In this document: piece by piece, positions 59,816 to 64,000 of the stretch
Layout of the letters: each line of letters starts with the position of its first letter
How positions within the stretch are numbered: position 1 is the first letter of the stretch
Source: Pristiophorus japonicus
Lineage: Eukaryota
Direction: 5' to 3'
Length of the DNA: 64,000 nucleotides
Assembly (NCBI RefSeq): GCF_044704955.1
Contig: NC_091993.1
Span: 116,994,001 to 117,058,000 of the forward strand
Translations under genes and position numbers: made by a program
Notes under the pieces: model-generated
The model's input: the letters and a program-made list of their open reading frames with translations, nothing else
Told to the model about the DNA's origin: nothing
Database searches by the model: none

Positions 59816-60868
59816 GGGGGTAATTTTAACCTGAAAAAGCGGGTGGATTGCGGTTCGGTGGGAAGTTAAAGCATTAAATATCTGAATCCCTACCAGAACC
59901 TGTCTTCCACCATGCTCACTTCTGGTTTTAATGGAGGTGGGACAGGGCGTGTTGCCCATTTAAATATTATCATGAGGCTGGCGTTCCACAGACTTAACCA
60001 CCATTTTGAATTTAACAGTGGACGGTCGGGTTTCACAGGAATGGTGAAACCCGGCAGCTAATGGAAGGCGAGGACTGTTGGGTCCAGGAGATAAATGCTT
60101 TTTCACTTACCCCCTGGATCCAGTGTCCCTACCTAACCCACACCCCCTGAATGACGATCCCCACCCCTACAACGCCTCGGACCCCCCATGAGGCCTCCTC
60201 TCCCCAATGCTCCTCCGGCCCTCTGATGTCGTCTGACCCCCCCCAGCAACCACCTCCCCCCCCCCCCCCCACCACCCAGCTGCTCCTCCCTGCCCACTCC
60301 ATGCTCTTCCTTGACTGTCGATGATGCTCTGAGCCCCTCCCAACGTCTCCTCCGACCCCTGATCTGGCGCTCTGGGCCCTGTTTGTTGCCGCCCTGCCCC
60401 TGCTGCTCCTTCACCCACCTCTCCTCTGACTCCTCACCCTTCCTCCCCAGCTCCTCAGAATCCCCATCCCCTTCCCCCTGCTCCTCTGACTCCCCACCCC
60501 CTCCCCCTCCACTCCTCTGACCTCCGATCTGCTCCTCCGGCCCCCAATCTTTGCCAACATCTCCCCACTGCTCCTCCGGCTGCCAATCGTTCCCTAACAG
60601 CCCACCCTGCCGGCCGCTGATTATTCGTTAACCCCCCATTGCGCCTCCCAGAGACACTCCGGCCGCACCCCCTGGCCCAAACACGCTCCCTCCCTCCTCC
60701 CTGTGGCCTGCCTGCCCGCAGCCAACCAGGTGCCCAATCTGGCGAGCTACAGGAGAAAAACACAGTTTCCCAGGGCCAAAGGTAAACCCGCTGCTTTGGG
60801 TTTCCCGACCACTTTGCAACCACTCCCCCATCCCACTTCCAACCCGTCTCCCCAATAAAATTCACACC
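59816..60868. mobile_element. Possible Harbinger-like MITE with a C-rich low-complexity interior
   Basis: Imperfect TIRs GGGGTAATTTTA / TAAAATTCACACC. Confidence 0.35.
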
Positions 60869-60967
60869 TAAAAAATTTTAAGCCTCTCAATAATGGCAAC
60901 ATGTTGAATAATTGTTTCCTGACACTATTCCTCCTTTATATTCGCAAATCATAATGTGACACCGTTT

Positions 60968-62985
60968 CATAAGAACATAAGAACTAGGAGCAGGAGTAGG
61001 CCATTTGGCCCCTAGGGCCTGTCCCGCCATTCAATAAGATCATGGTTGATCTGATTATGGACCCAGCTCCACTTCCCTGCCCGCTCCCCATAATCCTTTA
61101 TTCCCTTATCGCTCAAAAATCTGTCTATCTCCTCCTTAAATATATACAATGACCCAGCCTCCACAGCTCTCTGGGGCAGAGAATTCCACAGATTTACAAC
61201 CCTCTGAGAGAAGAAATTCCTCCTCATCTCAGTTTTAAATGGGCTGCCCCTTATTCTAAGACTATGTCCCCTAGCTTTAGTTTCGCCTATGAGTGGAAAT
61301 ATCCTCTTTGCATCCACCTTGTCGAGCCCCCTCATTATTTTATATGTTTCGATAAGATCACCTCTTTTTCTTCTGAACTCCAATGAGTATAGGCCCAATC
61401 TACTCAACCTATCTTCATAAGTCAACCCCCTCATCTCCGGAATCAACCTAGTGAACCTTCTCTGAACAGCATCCAATGCAAGTATATCCCTCCTTAAATA
61501 CGGAGACCAAAATTGCACGCAATACTCCAGGTGTGGCCTCACCAATACCCTGTACATTGGTGCAGGACTTCTCTGCTTTCAGACTCCATCCCCCTTACAA
61601 TAAAGGCCAACATTCAATTTGTCTTCCTGATTACTTGCTGTACCTGCATACTAATGTTTTCATGCAAAATGAACCCCAGGTCCCTCTGTACTGCAACACT
61701 TTGCAATTTTTCTCCATTTAAATTATAATTTGTTTTTCTATTTTTTCTGCCGAACTAACTACTGCTGGTTAATAAATGCTGTGAGTCAGATATTTGCGTG
61801 AATCCCGTCATTTGTGAATATTACAAAGAAACAACATACGAACATATGAATAATGACGGACAGGTAAAGACGCACTGGTCCATCGGCCTGTTACACACAA
61901 TTGTGATACCTTGTGTATCACAGCACATACACTCCACCCCACCCCAAACCATGTGATCTCCTGGGAGAGGCAAAAAAACAGTTATATAAACCCAGGCCAA
62001 TTTGCGATAAAAATATTTGCGAAATTCCTCTCCGACCCATCTAGGCGATTGAAACTAGTCCAGGAGATCACTCTGGCCCTGAATTCCCTGCAGTACCTAC
62101 CTTCTGTAAGAGATGATCTCCACCGCAGCCAGAAACAAATCCAGCTGTCGCTGAAAGGAATTCAGAGAATGAACGTCTGCTGCACGAGACGGCAGCTTGT
62201 TCCAGAGGTCCACTATTCTCTGGGAAAAGAACCACCTCCTAACATCTCACCTAGATCCAGCCTTTACAATTCAAATTTGTGACCCCTGGTCCTGCCTAAC
62301 CTGTTTAATTGGAACAAACTCTCTGCTGGAACAACATCAATTCCCTTCATTATTTTAAAAACCTCAATCAGTCTACTCTTCTCTGAGGTATAGAGTCCTA
62401 ACTCTTTTCGCCTATCTTTATAACTAAGATGCTTTAGACTGGGAATTACACTAGTGGCCCTCCTCTGCATCCTTTCCAAAGCCACAATATCTCCCCTCCC
62501 GCCCCCCCCCCCCCATGTAAGGCAAGGGAGGGAAACATCCAAGTGCTTTATGAAGAAAGGTTGAGCAGGTTGGAGTTTAGAAGAATGAAATGTGATCTTA
62601 TTGAAACATATAAGATTCTGAGGGGGCTTGACAGGGTAGATGCAGAGAGGATATTTCCCCTCATCGGGCAATCCAGAACTAGGGGGCATAGTTTCACAGT
62701 AAGGGGTCACCCATTTAAAATGGAGATGAGGAGGAAATTCTTCTCTCAGAGGGTTGTGAATCTTTGGAAATGGGGTAGAAAGCTGTGGAAGCTGTCATTT
62801 AATATACTTAAGGTGGAGATAGACAGATTCTTGAATGACATGAGTGTCAAGGGTTATGGGGAGCGGGCAGTAAAGTGGAGTTGAGGCCAAGATCAGATCA
62901 GCCATGATCTTATTGAATGGCGGAGCAGGCTCAAGGGGCCAACTGGCCTACCCCTGCTCCTATTTCTTATGCTCTTATGTTCTTA
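60968..62985. mobile_element. Three CR1 3' fragments (60968-61752 -, 61835-62490 -, 62545-62985 +)
   Basis: ORFs 61012-61557, 62264-62490, 62543-62884 with CR1 tails. Confidence 0.85.
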
Positions 62986-63282
62986 TGGTGAAAGTGCAGA
63001 GGTTAGCCTGCCTGTAATCTCTGCCCCTGACATTGTTGGACTTTCTTGGGTTCAGGGGGAGCTTTCTATTTTGCATGCTGATGCCCACAGTATTGGGGCA
63101 TGTCTTGGGTCCCAGGCTGCAAAATGTAACACATTAGCACCTGGTCCAGGAGAGATGTTGGTGCTCACTCCCCTCACCTGTCTCAAGTTCCCCTTCGGGG
63201 TGTAATTTAAATTTTTAAAAACCCGATTATTTTTATTTAGTCTTGGCCGAGACCGCCAGGTTGGTTACCCCAGTTGCTGGCC

Positions 63283-63543
63283 GTAGTGTATTTGCTTCAA
63301 CGGTTCTTTGCTTAAGAATTCATAGCAACACATTGCTGTTAAGAACGAGTTGGTTTATTAGCAAAAGGTTTAACAATCACACTCCACATTACCAGTTCAT
63401 CCACCAGCCTCACAACCACCTGCCTCATTGTGGATCCCCCGAACCCAACTGGCTGGGGTTTTATTGAGTCTTGTAAACACCATGCGACTGGCTAAGCCAC
63501 TCCCAACTCAACAGCTCTACAAACCTATGAGCATACATTACTA
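63283..63543 (-). mobile_element. Solo LTR
   Basis: TGGCC 5-bp TSD; homologous to 54752-55013. Confidence 0.7.
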
Positions 63544-64000
63544 TGGCCTAGTGTTATGCCTGGTCCTTCTTATGGATCCTTCCCAAGCCTCTGGCCTGAT
63601 TGGCAGAGATCCCGTCCCTTTCAAGCTCCACGGAAGTTAATTGATGGATGAGCCTGCACTGCGGCTGCATAGTTTCATGCTACATGTGCCTGATCGATCC
63701 CATGGATTAGTTTTAGCTACAACAGCAATTTTTATTTATATAGCGCCTTTAACATAGTAAACCATCCCAAGGCACTTCACAGGAGTGCTATCAAAAAAAA
63801 AATATTGACACCGAGCCGCAAAAGGAGAAATTAGGGCAGATGCCCAAAAGCTTGGACAAAGAGGTAGGTTTTAAGGAGCGTCTTAAAGGAAGAGAGAGAG
63901 GCAGAGAGGTTTAGGGAGGGAATTCCAGAGCTTTGGGCAACATGGTTAAAAGCACGATTGCCAATGGTGGAGCAATTAAACAAACACTCAGGTGGTATTT

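Noticed and set aside
60130-60720. Gly-rich and Pro/Ser-rich short ORFs
   Set aside because: C-rich low-complexity DNA; same for 15570-15860

Overview
Vertebrate genomic DNA, most likely a cartilaginous fish (shark), judged from its CR1, RTE and L2 LINEs and Deu-domain SINEs; most of the window is transposon-derived. I reconstructed one complete minus-strand host gene with six phase-compatible GT-AG exons (45162-45123, 33652-33329, 32035-31936, 24124-24012, 17334-17282, 15225-15061). It encodes a 264-aa CD300/CMRF35/pIgR-like single Ig-V receptor with two ITIMs. A paralogous leader exon at 4978-4939 suggests a tandem cluster continuing beyond the left edge. Mobile content: one young CR1 with an intact 948-aa ORF2, many decayed CR1/RTE/L2 pieces, three Gypsy-type LTR elements, five solo LTRs, Harbinger- and Tigger-like MITEs, a Harbinger transposase fossil, Tx1/L1 3' ends and a GC-rich higher-order minisatellite. 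The most unusual item is a tandem pair of poly(A)-tailed retroposons built from U2 and U1 snRNA pieces (18752-19382, intron 4). This is a SINEU-like architecture that I know only from crocodilians. All family assignments are from motif recognition; no database searches were run.
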